Positions 48,358-58,504 are shown, numbered from the stretch's first letter. The stretch: 64,000 nucleotides of DNA from an uncultured Planctomycetia bacterium (GCA_964352425.1 CAYGRZ010000002.1:18240-82239); one strand, 5' to 3'. A program made the numbers and translations. The notes: generated from the sequence alone by a model not told the origin.

Positions 48358-49656
48358 ATGGCAGGCACCATGCATCCCAAAATAGCGATCGTCGGCAGGC
48401 CCAATGTCGGCAAGTCGTCTCTTTTCAACAGGATCGTCGGCTCGCGGAAAGCCATCGTCGAATCCACCTGCGGCACTACGCGCGACAGGCTCTACGCCGA
48501 TATCGCCTGGAAGGGCAAGTCCTTCACGATCGTCGATACGGGCGGTTTTGAGCCGGCCGGGCGCGATGATATCACCCGGCTCGTCTTCAAGCAGCTTCAC
48601 ACCGCGATCGAAGAGGCGGATATCATCTTCCTTGTCACGGACGTTACCGCCGGCGTAGCGCACCTCGACAGGGAACTTGCCGAGACCCTCAGGAAGACGT
48701 CGAAGCGCATCTATTGTATCGTGAACAAGGCCGATGACCACTCGAGGGCTGCCCAGGCGGCGGAATTCTATGAGCTTGGCCTCGGCGAGCCGCAGGTCGT
48801 ATCGGCGACGAACGGCACGGGCATCGAGCGGCTGCTCGATGAGGTGGCCAGGGGCATTGAAAAGAGCATGCCTGCGGGCACGCCGGCGTCGGTCAAGGTC
48901 GCCATTGTCGGGCGGCCGAACGTCGGCAAGTCGTCGTATCTAAATTCCGTTTTCATGGAAGACAGGGTGATCGTCCATCCGGTCCCCGGGACGACGAGGG
49001 ACGCCGTCGATACCGATTTTGACTACAAAGGCAGGCACTATGTGCTGATCGACACGGCAGGCATACGCCATCACGCGAAGCTAAGCGAGTCAGCCGATTT
49101 CTACGGAAGCGTCCGCTCGAAAGAGGCGATACGGCGCGCCGACGCGGGCCTCGTGATGATCGACGGTTTCGACGGGTTGAGGGAAGACGACCAGCGCATA
49201 ATAAATTTCGTCATCGATGAAGGCAGGGCGCTCGTCATAGCGGTCAATAAATGGGACCTGACGAAAGGCGTCGAGATGTCGAAGTACACCGAGATGCTCA
49301 TCAAGAAGCTGAACATCATAAAAAACTATCCCGTCGTCTTCATTTCCAGCACAACGAGACGCAACGTCCTGGCGTGCCTCGACGCGGTATGGGCGGCGTA
49401 TGAGCGGTCGAAATTGATAATTGCTCCCGCAGAGCTTAAGGAATTCCTGAAGTCGTTAAACGCCGCTCCGGAGGTAATGCGCAAAAGGCTACAGTTCCAT
49501 TACCTGGTCCAGGAGGGAGTCGAGCCTCCCGGTTTTGTCCTGGGCATCAAGCGCGCCGAAGCTTTGACCGAAAGCCTGAAAAGGTATATAGAGAATTTTT
49601 TCAGGGCATCACACGATTATGCCGGCGTGCCGATAAGGATACGGTACAGCAGCTAG
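48358..49656 (+). CDS. der: Ribosome biogenesis GTPase Der
   Basis: Two tandem GRPNVGKSS / GTTRD / DTxG / NKxD domains. Confidence 0.96.
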   Translation: MAGTMHPKIAIVGRPNVGKSSLFNRIVGSRKAIVESTCGTTRDRLYADIAWKGKSFTIVDTGGFEPAGRDDITRLVFKQLHTAIEEADIIFLVTDVTAGVAHLDRELAETLRKTSKRIYCIVNKADDHSRAAQAAEFYELGLGEPQVVSATNGTGIERLLDEVARGIEKSMPAGTPASVKVAIVGRPNVGKSSYLNSVFMEDRVIVHPVPGTTRDAVDTDFDYKGRHYVLIDTAGIRHHAKLSESADFYGSVRSKEAIRRADAGLVMIDGFDGLREDDQRIINFVIDEGRALVIAVNKWDLTKGVEMSKYTEMLIKKLNIIKNYPVVFISSTTRRNVLACLDAVWAAYERSKLIIAPAELKEFLKSLNAAPEVMRKRLQFHYLVQEGVEPPGFVLGIKRAEALTESLKRYIENFFRASHDYAGVPIRIRYSS

Positions 49657-49755
49657 CGTAAAAGATCGGTGCTCACCGCTTCCGGGGAGCGTCTTCGAAC
49701 GTATTTGACTTTCCACAAAAAAAGAGGTACCCTTTAGATCATACAGGGAGGTCGT

Positions 49756-50061
49756 ATGGATAAGAAGAATGGTTTCATCAATGATGCGGTGGTCGTAGCG
49801 GTAGGCCTGGCGGCGCTCGTCTTTATTGCCGTGTGGGTCATCAATGCCAACGCCGAATATTATAAGCAGGCGGTGAGCGCGGCGGAGGCGACAAACGAAA
49901 CGCTGATGCAGCAGCGGGACGTTGTGATAAAAAAACTTATGCGGCTGGCGGATGCCAGGCAGGCGGAGCTGGCCGGCGCCAGGAAGAACGTGGAAATCGC
50001 CAGGGCAGAGCTTGACGCGTCAAAGAAAAAAATAGAAAACATCAAAGCGATCGTGCAATAG
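49756..50061 (+). CDS. Membrane-anchored coiled-coil hypothetical protein
   Basis: GGAGGT RBS, N-terminal TM, heptad pattern. Confidence 0.8.
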   Translation: MDKKNGFINDAVVVAVGLAALVFIAVWVINANAEYYKQAVSAAEATNETLMQQRDVVIKKLMRLADARQAELAGARKNVEIARAELDASKKKIENIKAIVQ

Positions 50062-50078
50062 CCGCGCCCCGCTCATAT

Positions 50079-50119
50079 AAACCTTCGCCGACCGGAGTTT
50101 TGGTCGGCGGAGGTTTTTT
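50079..50119 (+). terminator. Intrinsic terminator
   Basis: AAACCTTCGCCGACC/GGTCGGCGGAGGTTT followed by a T tract. Confidence 0.8.
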
Positions 50120-50163
50120 ATTTTTTGTCCCTCGGCACGAAGCTCGAAAAAATTTCTAACGGG

Positions 50164-50194
50164 GCTTGGGATTTAGTGTCTTCGGGAGTATAAT
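50164..50194 (+). promoter_or_regulatory. Repeated promoter module, copy A
   Basis: GCTTGGGATTTAGTGTCTTCGGGAGTATAAT (TTGGGA-N17-TATAAT). Confidence 0.7.
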
Positions 50195-50201
50195 CTGAAG
50201 T

Positions 50202-50861
50202 ATGAAGATAACGAAGCCGGCATCGATACTTTTATTATTCTCACTGCAGCTGTGTATTCCCGATACGGGCCTGGCGAGGTCGGTCGACGAGCGTGTCTAC
50301 ATTGTCCCGGCGGGGCCGGTTGACCGGAAGATTATCAAGACACTAAAAGAGCGGCTTCCCGGCTGCCTGCCGATGGCCGTCAAAGCAGTGATCGAGCCGC
50401 CCAAAGACCTCCCCCACGCCGCGTACGATGAGGCGCGCAAACAATATAATGCCGAAACGATGCTGGATGTGCTCTCCAAGCGGGTCGTCATAGGTGAGGC
50501 GATGGAGCGGGCGCTTTTTGTCGTCGACGTTGACCTTTATTCGCCCGGCCTGGACTCAGTCTGCGGCCTGGCTGACCCGAAGAAGGGTGTGTGCATCATA
50601 TCGCTGGCACGCCTCAGGAACGAGTTTTACGCCCTGTTGCCCGACAGCAGGCTCTTTATCGACCGGGCGGTGAAAGAAGCGGTCCGCGAGCTGGGCCGCA
50701 CGTACGGTATCGACGGGTGTCCGGATCACCGGTGCGTGATGTTCTCTTCCGGCACTCTTCGGGACAACGATAAGAAGAGGGATACATTCTGTGTCGAGTG
50801 CCGGATAAAATTGCGCAAGCGGTATGGCGGCTCGATCATCGGGCCGGTGCTGCCGAAATAG
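50202..50861 (+). CDS. Archaemetzincin homologue with a degenerate zinc-binding motif
   Basis: AYDEARKQYNA, VDVDLY, ISLARL, KEAVRELGRTYGIDGC..CVM..FCVEC; signal peptide. Confidence 0.85.
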   Translation: MKITKPASILLLFSLQLCIPDTGLARSVDERVYIVPAGPVDRKIIKTLKERLPGCLPMAVKAVIEPPKDLPHAAYDEARKQYNAETMLDVLSKRVVIGEAMERALFVVDVDLYSPGLDSVCGLADPKKGVCIISLARLRNEFYALLPDSRLFIDRAVKEAVRELGRTYGIDGCPDHRCVMFSSGTLRDNDKKRDTFCVECRIKLRKRYGGSIIGPVLPK

Positions 50862-50874
50862 GGATACGTCGTCC

Positions 50875-51948
50875 ATGAAGAAGCGGATACTGTTGTATGT
50901 CCTGTGCGCGCTGCTGGCCTCTCCGGTCGCTGCGAGATGCGATGAGCCGGCGCGCCGCGGCCTCTTTGTCACGGTGCTGCAGGAACCTCAGGTGCTTTCG
51001 AGCCGCGAGGAGATCGGGAAGCTGGTCGATTTCGCGAAAAGGGCCCGTATCAATGTCATCTTCGTGCAGGTCTATTACGCGAACAGGGCGTGGTTTCCTT
51101 CGAAGACCGCGGACCGGAGGCCGTATGAGAGTTGCGTAAAAAAACTGTCAGCCGACCCTCTCCGGCTTCTTATTACACAGGCCCATGGCGCGGGGATAGG
51201 CGTACATGCCTGGATGAATATGTTGAGCCTGGGCGATAATAAGGACGCCCGGCTCCTCAAAAAATACGGGACCGGCATCCTGACGAGGAACCTGAAAAAG
51301 AAGAAGGCGATCGAAGATTATAAGATCGACGGCCAGTATTTTCTCGAGCCCGGCGATACGCGGGTCCGCGAGGAGCTTTTGAACGTGGCCGAGGAGATCG
51401 TCCGCGCCTATCCCGGCCTGGACGGGATCCAGTTCGATTATATCCGTTATCCGGACCAGCATCCGGCGTACGGCTATGCGGATATGAATGTCGAACGTTT
51501 CAAAAAGGCGACCGGCCTTACCGCGATCGATGAGAAAGGCAGGGCCTGGCAGGGCTGGAAACGGGCCCAGGTGACGGGGCTCCTCGAACAGCTTGCCGAA
51601 AGGGTGCGCTCGGTCCGTCCGGGCATCGAGGTATCGGCGACGGGGTGCATGCCGTACTCGCGCGCGTATCTCGAAGCATTCCAGGACTGGCCGTCCTGGC
51701 TCGAGCGCCATCTCGTGGATTTCGTAACGGTGATGGGCTATTCCCCGGATCCCGCGGAACTGAAGCGATGGATCGCGGCCGCAAAAAGCAAGACGGCGGA
51801 CTTCAGGAAAGTGACCATAGGCCTCGGCGCGTATAAACTGGTGCGCTTGCCGGAGGTGTTCGAGCGTGAATTCCGTATCTGCGAGGAAGCCGGCGCCGGA
51901 GGCTACGCTATCTTCCATTACGGCAGCCTGCTTAAGATGAAAAGATGA
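50875..51948 (+). CDS. Glycosyl hydrolase-like 10 (YddW/DigH-type) secreted protein
   Basis: FVQV, DPL..LITQAH, VHAWMN, LDGIQFDYIRYP, QDWPSW. Confidence 0.85.
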   Translation: MKKRILLYVLCALLASPVAARCDEPARRGLFVTVLQEPQVLSSREEIGKLVDFAKRARINVIFVQVYYANRAWFPSKTADRRPYESCVKKLSADPLRLLITQAHGAGIGVHAWMNMLSLGDNKDARLLKKYGTGILTRNLKKKKAIEDYKIDGQYFLEPGDTRVREELLNVAEEIVRAYPGLDGIQFDYIRYPDQHPAYGYADMNVERFKKATGLTAIDEKGRAWQGWKRAQVTGLLEQLAERVRSVRPGIEVSATGCMPYSRAYLEAFQDWPSWLERHLVDFVTVMGYSPDPAELKRWIAAAKSKTADFRKVTIGLGAYKLVRLPEVFEREFRICEEAGAGGYAIFHYGSLLKMKR

Positions 51949-51967
51949 CAGCACGCACGCGCCATTA

Positions 51968-52654
51968 ATGACAAAGGCCCGCATGAAGAAGATCGAGATC
52001 GAGAAGATAGTCCGTTCGAAGCGCAGGACCGTCGCGCTCGTTATCACGAGGGATGCGACGCTCGTCGTCCGCGCCGGTTTGCATACGCCCACCACATTCA
52101 TCGAAGACCTGGTGCTAAAGAAGAGCGCCTGGATAACGCGGAAGATCGCCGAAGTGGCCGGACGGCCGAAGCCGTTTCCCAGAAAATTTGCGGATGGCGA
52201 GCACTTCCCGTACCTGGGGAATACCTATCCTCTTGCAATTGTCGATGATACGGAAGCCCCGCTTTCGCTGGCGGACGGATTCATCATGTCGAGGCGCTCG
52301 CTCCCGGCGGCCAGGCAAGTCTTTGTCGGCTGGTACCGGGAGAAGGCGTGTGCGAAGATAAAGGAAAGGCTCGACCTGTATGCTTCCCTCTCCGGTATCA
52401 GGTACGGCAGGTGCACTATAACAGGCGCCCAGAGCCGCTGGGGATCGTGCACGGCAAGGAATACGGTTAATTTCAGCTGGCGCCTGATTCTGGCCCCGCT
52501 CCATGTGGTCGATTATGTCGTCGCACATGAGCTCGCGCATATCGAGCGGAAGGACCATTCGCGGCATTTCTGGAACAGGGTTAATGACATTTTCCCCGGA
52601 TACCGCGAAAGCGAGCAATGGCTGAAAGATCACGGCGATTCGCTGGGGCTGTGA
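51968..52654 (+). CDS. YgjP/DUF45 (M48-like) zinc metallohydrolase
   Basis: RSKRRT, SRWGSC, DYVVAHELAH..HSRHFW. Confidence 0.9.
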   Translation: MTKARMKKIEIEKIVRSKRRTVALVITRDATLVVRAGLHTPTTFIEDLVLKKSAWITRKIAEVAGRPKPFPRKFADGEHFPYLGNTYPLAIVDDTEAPLSLADGFIMSRRSLPAARQVFVGWYREKACAKIKERLDLYASLSGIRYGRCTITGAQSRWGSCTARNTVNFSWRLILAPLHVVDYVVAHELAHIERKDHSRHFWNRVNDIFPGYRESEQWLKDHGDSLGL

Positions 52655-52737
52655 CGGATGAAAGAGGAGTCGGGGGCATTGAACTATTAATTAATAATGG
52701 TAGCTAATGCGGCGCCGTGCGCGGTATAATAATGCCG

Positions 52738-52893
52738 ATGGCGAAGAAGATAAAGACGCACAAGAAACACAGGGTATGCAGGATTCGCGGGTGCGAGCAG
52801 ATATTGAGCATATATAACGCAGACACCTACTGCCATGCCCATCAGATCACCAACGCGAGCCAGGTGCCCGTGCTGGCTAACGCCAGGAATTAA
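52738..52893 (+). CDS. Small putative C3H zinc-binding protein, 51 aa (not in ORF track)
   Basis: MAKKIKTHKKHRVCRIRGCEQILSIYNADTYCHAHQ...; TATAAT ends 7 nt upstream. Confidence 0.65.
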   Translation: MAKKIKTHKKHRVCRIRGCEQILSIYNADTYCHAHQITNASQVPVLANARN

Positions 52894-52923
52894 GCCTGCG
52901 CCACGTACTATGACTTCAGGCAT

Positions 52924-52954
52924 ATCCCGAGCATATTTTCGCTTGGGATTTTGT
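52924..52954 (+). terminator. Repeated module, copy B (terminator half only)
   Basis: ATCCCGAGC-ATATTTTC-GCTTGGGATTTTGT. Confidence 0.7.
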
Positions 52955-53088
52955 ATGCGCCGCCCATAGTACTGTGATTTTACCATAGTGGAAAAATGTC
53001 AGAAAAAAGTGGATTTAGCATCTATACAATGGATGAGGCCGGTGTAAAATATACGTGGAGACAAGCTTCTTAAATAGGGGAGGTCAGT

Positions 53089-53271
53089 ATGGCCGGAAAA
53101 ACCAAAGCGATAAACGCAGTGGACGAGTTTCTTTCATTGGCATGGATCTTCCTGTTGAGCGTAGTGGTCGTGAAAGACAACACGGCCTGGGGGGTAATGG
53201 CGTCGGCGGCGATCTTTGTCGCCTGTTATCTGATCTTCTTGGCGGCGCGCTTTATCTTCATGAGAAAATAG
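53089..53271 (+). CDS. Small two-TM membrane protein
   Basis: GGAGGT RBS, two hydrophobic segments. Confidence 0.8.
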   Translation: MAGKTKAINAVDEFLSLAWIFLLSVVVVKDNTAWGVMASAAIFVACYLIFLAARFIFMRK

Positions 53272-53292
53272 TCAGGCGAGACTGCACACTGG

Positions 53293-53342
53293 AAATCCCA
53301 GGCGAATTTTCGCTTGGGATTTTGTGTGTTCGGGAGTATAAT
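53293..53342 (+). promoter_or_regulatory. Repeated terminator/promoter module, copy C
   Basis: AAATCCCAGGCGAA-TT-TTCGCTTGGGATTT hairpin, then TGTGTGTTCGGGAGTATAAT. Confidence 0.75.
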
Positions 53343-53401
53343 CCTTGACATATGGCCCTGATGGCATATGGAAGCTAACGCGCATTTTTTAGGAGGAGAG
53401 T

Positions 53402-53923
53402 ATGGTTAATTTTAATATTGAGCGGAGAAAGTACCTGCGGTATGACACGGAGATGAAAGTGTATTTTCGTGTCAAGTACGATATCGAGACGAGGGTCAAG
53501 TTCAAGGTCCTGGAAGACGAGACCGAGCACAAATATTCCGGGTTATGCAAGAATGTGAGCGTCGAAGGTCTCTGTTTTGTCTCGAAGAAGAAATTGAATG
53601 TAGGCGACCTGCTGCTGCTCGAGGTCTATGAGCCGATCATCAAGGGCCCCGTCGTCATGGAGGGGCAGGTCAGGTGGAGCAGGAGGCTCCCCGGCGAAGA
53701 CGGCGCGGAAGACGTCTACCACACGGGCGTCAGGCTCGTCCTGGTGAATGGAAAGTCGGTCCCGGATTCCATCCATCTTGATAGTAAATACAAGGTCGCC
53801 TGGAGCATCGTCCTGGACTCTTTGTTCGGCAATTTCGCGGCGATGGTGCGGAAGCTTAAAAAAAGGAAATGGGGCAGGGCCCGCGCGGTATCGCCCCGCA
53901 AGGGCAACAAGCAGGCGAGATAG
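53402..53923 (+). CDS. PilZ-domain protein
   Basis: ERRKYLR, NVSVEG, GQVRW, TGVRL. Confidence 0.88.
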   Translation: MVNFNIERRKYLRYDTEMKVYFRVKYDIETRVKFKVLEDETEHKYSGLCKNVSVEGLCFVSKKKLNVGDLLLLEVYEPIIKGPVVMEGQVRWSRRLPGEDGAEDVYHTGVRLVLVNGKSVPDSIHLDSKYKVAWSIVLDSLFGNFAAMVRKLKKRKWGRARAVSPRKGNKQAR

Positions 53924-53936
53924 GACGCCTGCATAT

Positions 53937-55871
53937 ATGAGCCAACCGGTAATGCACGGGCCGACGTTATTCAGCGAATTTGACATTCATCTTTTCAGGG
54001 AAGGCAGCCACCACCGCCTCTACGAAAAGCTCGGCTCTCACCTGATGGCCGTGAAGGGGACGCTCGGCGTCTACTTTGCCGTCTGGGCTCCCAACGCCGA
54101 ATATGTTTCGGTCGTCGGAGACTTTAACGGCTGGGATACGCTCTCGCATCCTCTCGCCGTGCGGTGGGACGGTTCGGGCATCTGGGAGGGCTTCATCCCC
54201 GGCATAGGCAAGGGGACGCTCTACAAATATTATCTGCGTTCAAAATTCAACGGTTATACCGTCGAGAAGGGCGACCCGTTCGCGCTGTACTGGGAAGCGC
54301 CCCCGAAGACCGCCTCGGTGGTCTGGGACCTCGAATACAAATGGAATGACCGCGCCTGGCTTGACAAGCGAGCGCAGCGTAACAGCCTCGATTCACCGAT
54401 GTCCGTATATGAAGTCCATCTTGGGTCGTGGAAAAGGATACCCGATGAAGGCAACCGCCGCCTCACGTACCGGGAGCTCGCCCCGCAGCTCGCCGATTAC
54501 GTAAGCCAGATGGGATTCACGCATGTGGAATTGATGCCCGTCATGGAGCATCCGTTCTACGGCTCATGGGGATACCAGATCTGCGGGTATTTCGCGCCGA
54601 GCCACCGCTACGGGACGCCGCAGGATTTCATGTACTTCGTCGACTATCTCCATAAGAAAGGGATAGGCATCATCCTCGACTGGGTGCCGTCGCATTTCCC
54701 CGGCGACGAGCACGGCCTCGCCTATTTTGACGGCACGCACCTCTACGAGCACGCGGACCTGCGCAAGGGTTTCCAACCCGACTGGCACAGCTTCATCTAT
54801 AATTACGGCCGCAACGAGGTGCGCAATTTCCTCATCTCGAACGCGATGTTCTGGTGCGACAAGTACCATGCCGACGCCCTCCGGATCGACGCCGTCGCCT
54901 CGATACTCTATCTCGATTATTCCAGGAAGACGGGCGAGTGGATCCCGAACCAGTTCGGCGGCCGGGAGAATCTCGAGGCGGTGGGCTTCCTCAAAAAACT
55001 GAATGAGAGCGTGTACCACGATTTCCCGTCGGTCCAGATGATCGCGGAGGAGTCGACCGCGTGGCCGATGGTCACCAAGCCCACCTACCTGGGAGGGCTG
55101 GGGTTCGGGATGAAGTGGAATATGGGATGGATGCACGACACGCTCGAGTACATGTCGAAAGACCCCGTCTTCCGCAAGTATCACCACGGCACGTTGACGT
55201 TCAGCCTGCTGTACGCGTTCACGGAGAACTTCATGCTCCCGCTGTCCCACGACGAATGCTCCCACGGCAAAGGGTCGCTCTTAAGCAAGATGCCGGGCGA
55301 CCACTGGCGGAAATGCGCGGGGCTGCGCCTTCTCCTGGGATACATGTGGATGCACCCGGGCAAAAAACTCCTCTTCATGGGCGGGGAATTCGGGCAGGCC
55401 CAGGAGTGGCAGCATGACCAGAGCCTCGACTGGCACCTCCTCCAATATCCCGAGCACGCGGGGATCCGGCGCTGGGTGAGCGACCTTAACAATTTCTATA
55501 AAAATGAGCCGGCGCTCTATGAGGTCGATTTTTCATATGACGGGTTTGAATGGATGGACGTGAATAATTACGAGGAGAGCGTCATCTCGTTCCTCAGGAA
55601 GAGCCGGTCTCATCCGTCAGAGACGGTGCTTGCGGTGTGCAATTTTACGCCGGTGCCGAGGTACAATTACCTTGTCGGCGTCCCGTTCGACGGTTTCTGG
55701 AAAGAGGTATTGAATAGCGACGCGCACGAGTACGGCGCCAGCGGCCAGGGTAATATGGGCGGCCGCGAAGCTGCCCCTACGCCATGCCACGGAAAGCCTT
55801 TCTGCCTGTCGCTGACGCTCCCGCCGCTGGGCATCGTGGTCCTGAAGCGCCAGGCGACGAGGGAGAAATAA
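53937..55871 (+). CDS. glgB: 1,4-alpha-glucan branching enzyme
   Basis: [46 protein letters not shown]. Confidence 0.97.
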   Translation: MSQPVMHGPTLFSEFDIHLFREGSHHRLYEKLGSHLMAVKGTLGVYFAVWAPNAEYVSVVGDFNGWDTLSHPLAVRWDGSGIWEGFIPGIGKGTLYKYYLRSKFNGYTVEKGDPFALYWEAPPKTASVVWDLEYKWNDRAWLDKRAQRNSLDSPMSVYEVHLGSWKRIPDEGNRRLTYRELAPQLADYVSQMGFTHVELMPVMEHPFYGSWGYQICGYFAPSHRYGTPQDFMYFVDYLHKKGIGIILDWVPSHFPGDEHGLAYFDGTHLYEHADLRKGFQPDWHSFIYNYGRNEVRNFLISNAMFWCDKYHADALRIDAVASILYLDYSRKTGEWIPNQFGGRENLEAVGFLKKLNESVYHDFPSVQMIAEESTAWPMVTKPTYLGGLGFGMKWNMGWMHDTLEYMSKDPVFRKYHHGTLTFSLLYAFTENFMLPLSHDECSHGKGSLLSKMPGDHWRKCAGLRLLLGYMWMHPGKKLLFMGGEFGQAQEWQHDQSLDWHLLQYPEHAGIRRWVSDLNNFYKNEPALYEVDFSYDGFEWMDVNNYEESVISFLRKSRSHPSETVLAVCNFTPVPRYNYLVGVPFDGFWKEVLNSDAHEYGASGQGNMGGREAAPTPCHGKPFCLSLTLPPLGIVVLKRQATREK

Positions 55872-55925
55872 TTTGACAAAGCGCGCCGGGGGGCATATTG
55901 TAATGAAACCCAACAAGGAGGAACG

Positions 55926-56423
55926 ATGAGATATTTATATGCGGTAGTGATGCTGGCCTCAGGGCTTTTATTCGGTATCACAGAGGCGCTCTCGGCAGAT
56001 GCGGCCATACACAACGGCAGCAAGGTCGCGTTCGCCTACACGCTCACCGTCGACGGCAAGGTCGTCGACACGTCGGAAGGAAGGACGCCGCTTGAGTATA
56101 CCCAGGGTGACGGCAAGATGATCCCGGGACTGGCCAAACAGCTGGAAGGATTGAGGGCCGGCGACGAGAAGAGCGTCGTATTGAAGCCGGAAGAGGCGTA
56201 CGGCAGCCCCAATCCGGCCGCGATCAGAGAGATCCCGCTGTCGCAGCTGCCGTCACAGCCCAAGCCTCAGGTGGGGATGATGCTGCAGGTCCAGAATAAA
56301 CAGGGCCGGGTCTTTCCCGCGCGGATCACCGATATAAAGGATGACAAAGCTCTCATAGACTTAAACCACCCGCTGGCGGGTAAGACGCTGAACTTCAAGG
56401 TCAAGATCGTTTCGGTGACGTAG
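55926..56423 (+). CDS. FKBP-type PPIase (SlyD-like) with N-terminal signal
   Basis: GKVVDTS, MIPGL, PEEAYG, insert-in-flap domain, DLNHPLAGKTLNF. Confidence 0.9.
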   Translation: MRYLYAVVMLASGLLFGITEALSADAAIHNGSKVAFAYTLTVDGKVVDTSEGRTPLEYTQGDGKMIPGLAKQLEGLRAGDEKSVVLKPEEAYGSPNPAAIREIPLSQLPSQPKPQVGMMLQVQNKQGRVFPARITDIKDDKALIDLNHPLAGKTLNFKVKIVSVT

Positions 56424-56437
56424 AAACCGCCGGCCGT

Positions 56438-56487
56438 AAAGTCTCAGGCATATTTTGCTTGGGACTTTTTGTTTTCGGGAGTATAAT
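56438..56487 (+). promoter_or_regulatory. Repeated terminator/promoter module, copy D
   Basis: AAAGTCTCAGGCA-TATTT-TGCTTGGGACTTT hairpin, then TTGTTTTCGGGAGTATAAT. Confidence 0.75.
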
Positions 56488-56528
56488 TCTGGTAGCACAC
56501 CGGTACCGTTATCAAGAAGGGAGAAAAA

Positions 56529-56957
56529 ATGAGAGCACGTAACTGCAGCGTGATGGTGGTAGTGCTGGCCCTGGCGGCCATGGGCATGGGCGGGTGCGCG
56601 ACCCCCGGTGACTGGGCCAAAGAGATAATCGGTGTTTCGACCAGGCCGATCGAGGACGCAAGGCCGGGCGCCCTCGTCAAGGTGTTCGAGAGCGGCTACA
56701 AGGCCTGCTACGAAAAGACGGAAGCCGTGCTGAAAAAGATGTCGCATGTCTCGATCTATGCGAAGACCGACGTGATGATCGCCGTCTACTGGACGCGCAT
56801 CAACACCACGCCCGTCGGGGTCTTCTTCACGCAGGTGGACGCGTCCCACACGAAGGTCGAGGTGGCGTCCCCGAGCACGACCGGCAAGGAGTGGGTGGCA
56901 CAGAACGTTTTTGCGGGAGAAGCGCTGGCCGAGGCGCCGCTCCAGAAATTCGATTAA
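56529..56957 (+). CDS. Putative lipoprotein
   Basis: Lipobox MGGC after a hydrophobic stretch. Confidence 0.8.
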   Translation: MRARNCSVMVVVLALAAMGMGGCATPGDWAKEIIGVSTRPIEDARPGALVKVFESGYKACYEKTEAVLKKMSHVSIYAKTDVMIAVYWTRINTTPVGVFFTQVDASHTKVEVASPSTTGKEWVAQNVFAGEALAEAPLQKFD

Positions 56958-56963
56958 CCGGCT

Positions 56964-57767
56964 ATGAAGCTGACGATATCGGTAGCGCAAGTCAGGGTGG
57001 CGCAGTCGAGGCCCGAAGAGAACCTCCGGAAGGGAGAGTCGCTCATCGCCGAGGCCGCGCGCAGGAAGAGCGGCCTCATCTGCTTCCCCGAGATGTGGAC
57101 GACCGGTTTCAATTGGGCGGAGAACGAGCGCCGCTCGCGCGACCACGAGAAGACGATCGACCGCATCGGCGGGCTGGCGAAGCGTTACGGGATCTGGGTG
57201 AGCGGATCGACGCTTGCCTTAAACGAGCAGGGCACGGTATCGAATACGCATATCCTGTTCGGCGCCGACGGCAACAGGAAGGGCACCTACCGCAAGGCGC
57301 ACCTCTTCAGCATGCTCCATGAGGAGCGGCATGTCACCGCCGGCAACACCCTGTCGGTCGTCGATACGCCGTGGGGCCCGACGGGACTGGCGGTCTGTTA
57401 CGATATCCGCTTTCCCGAGCTCTTCCGCTCCTATGCCCTGATGGGCGCCAGGATCATACTCTCACCGATGGCCATGCCCCACCCGAGGCTGGAGCACTGG
57501 AAGGTGCTCGTGCGCGCCCGCGCGATCGAGGACCAGCTCTATATGGTCGGGGCGAACCAGGTGGGCAGCGAAGACTTCGGCCCCGGCAACACCCTGACCT
57601 ATTTCGGCCACTCATGCATCATCGATCCCTGGGGCGAGACGGCCGCCGAGGCGGGCGAGACGGAAGAGCAGCTCATTACCGCGACCGTCGACCTCGCGCG
57701 CGTCGACGATATCCGCGCGAAGATGCCGGTCCTGAAGGACCGCCGGCCGGAACTGTACGGCTTATGA
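56964..57767 (+). CDS. Carbon-nitrogen hydrolase (nitrilase superfamily)
   Basis: FPEMW, YRKAHLF, VCYDIRFPE (E-K-C triad), RARAIE. Confidence 0.93.
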   Translation: MKLTISVAQVRVAQSRPEENLRKGESLIAEAARRKSGLICFPEMWTTGFNWAENERRSRDHEKTIDRIGGLAKRYGIWVSGSTLALNEQGTVSNTHILFGADGNRKGTYRKAHLFSMLHEERHVTAGNTLSVVDTPWGPTGLAVCYDIRFPELFRSYALMGARIILSPMAMPHPRLEHWKVLVRARAIEDQLYMVGANQVGSEDFGPGNTLTYFGHSCIIDPWGETAAEAGETEEQLITATVDLARVDDIRAKMPVLKDRRPELYGL

Positions 57768-58504
57768 AAATAACTTTCCTCGGGACGAACGGATGGTATG
57801 ACACGGAGACGGGGAATACCCCCTGTGTCCTCGCCGAGACCGGCGAGCAGTATATCGTCTTCGACGCCGGCTTCGGGTTCCGCAAGGTAAAAGATATCGT
57901 CATCACCGAAAAACCGGTCCTTCTCTTCATCAGCCACCTCCATCTCGATCATCTGATCGGCCTCCACACGCTGCCGCTCTTCAAGTTCAGGCAGGGCATC
58001 GACATCTACGCGCCGAAAGGCATCATCGGCGGCCTTCGCGGTTTCCTGAAGAGGCCGTTCACGTCGCCGCCGCTCATGCTCCGGACCAAACTGCGCTTCC
58101 ATACCTTAGGCGGCAAGGAGGGCTTGCCGTTCGCGTTCGAGATGAGGAAGCTGCGCCATTCCGTGCCGTGTTACGGCTACCGCCTCGAACTTGAGGAGGG
58201 GACGCTTGCCTACTGCACCGATACCGGCGTGTGCGCCAACTTAAAGCGCTGTGCCGCCGGCGCGGACCTCCTCATCACCGAATGCGCGATGAGGCCGGGA
58301 GATACATCGCCGAACTTTTTCCACCTTACGCCCGAGAGCGCCGCGAGGGCCGCGCGCGAGGCGCCCGCGAGGATGCTTGCACTCTTCCATTTTGATCCGG
58401 GCAAGTATCCGACGTTTGACCGCCGCAGGGAAGCGGAGGCCGCCGCGAGGAAAATCTTCCCGGACACGGTCGCCGCGAACGACGGGACCGTCATCGAGAT
58501 CTAA
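57764..58504 (+). CDS. MBL-fold hydrolase, RNase Z-like
   Basis: FLGTNG, DAG, SHLHLDH, YCTDT, LFHFDP. Confidence 0.85.
   Translation: MKITFLGTNGWYDTETGNTPCVLAETGEQYIVFDAGFGFRKVKDIVITEKPVLLFISHLHLDHLIGLHTLPLFKFRQGIDIYAPKGIIGGLRGFLKRPFTSPPLMLRTKLRFHTLGGKEGLPFAFEMRKLRHSVPCYGYRLELEEGTLAYCTDTGVCANLKRCAAGADLLITECAMRPGDTSPNFFHLTPESAARAAREAPARMLALFHFDPGKYPTFDRRREAEAAARKIFPDTVAANDGTVIEI

Noticed and set aside
51968-52654. YgjP/DUF45 gene as a marker of a type I restriction or defence island
   Set aside because: No hsd or other defence genes are nearby.
50164-56487. Repeated module as integron attC or Xer dif sites
   Set aside because: No RYYYAAC/GTTRRRY core sites, no XerD arm (TTATGTTAAAT) and no integrase in the window.
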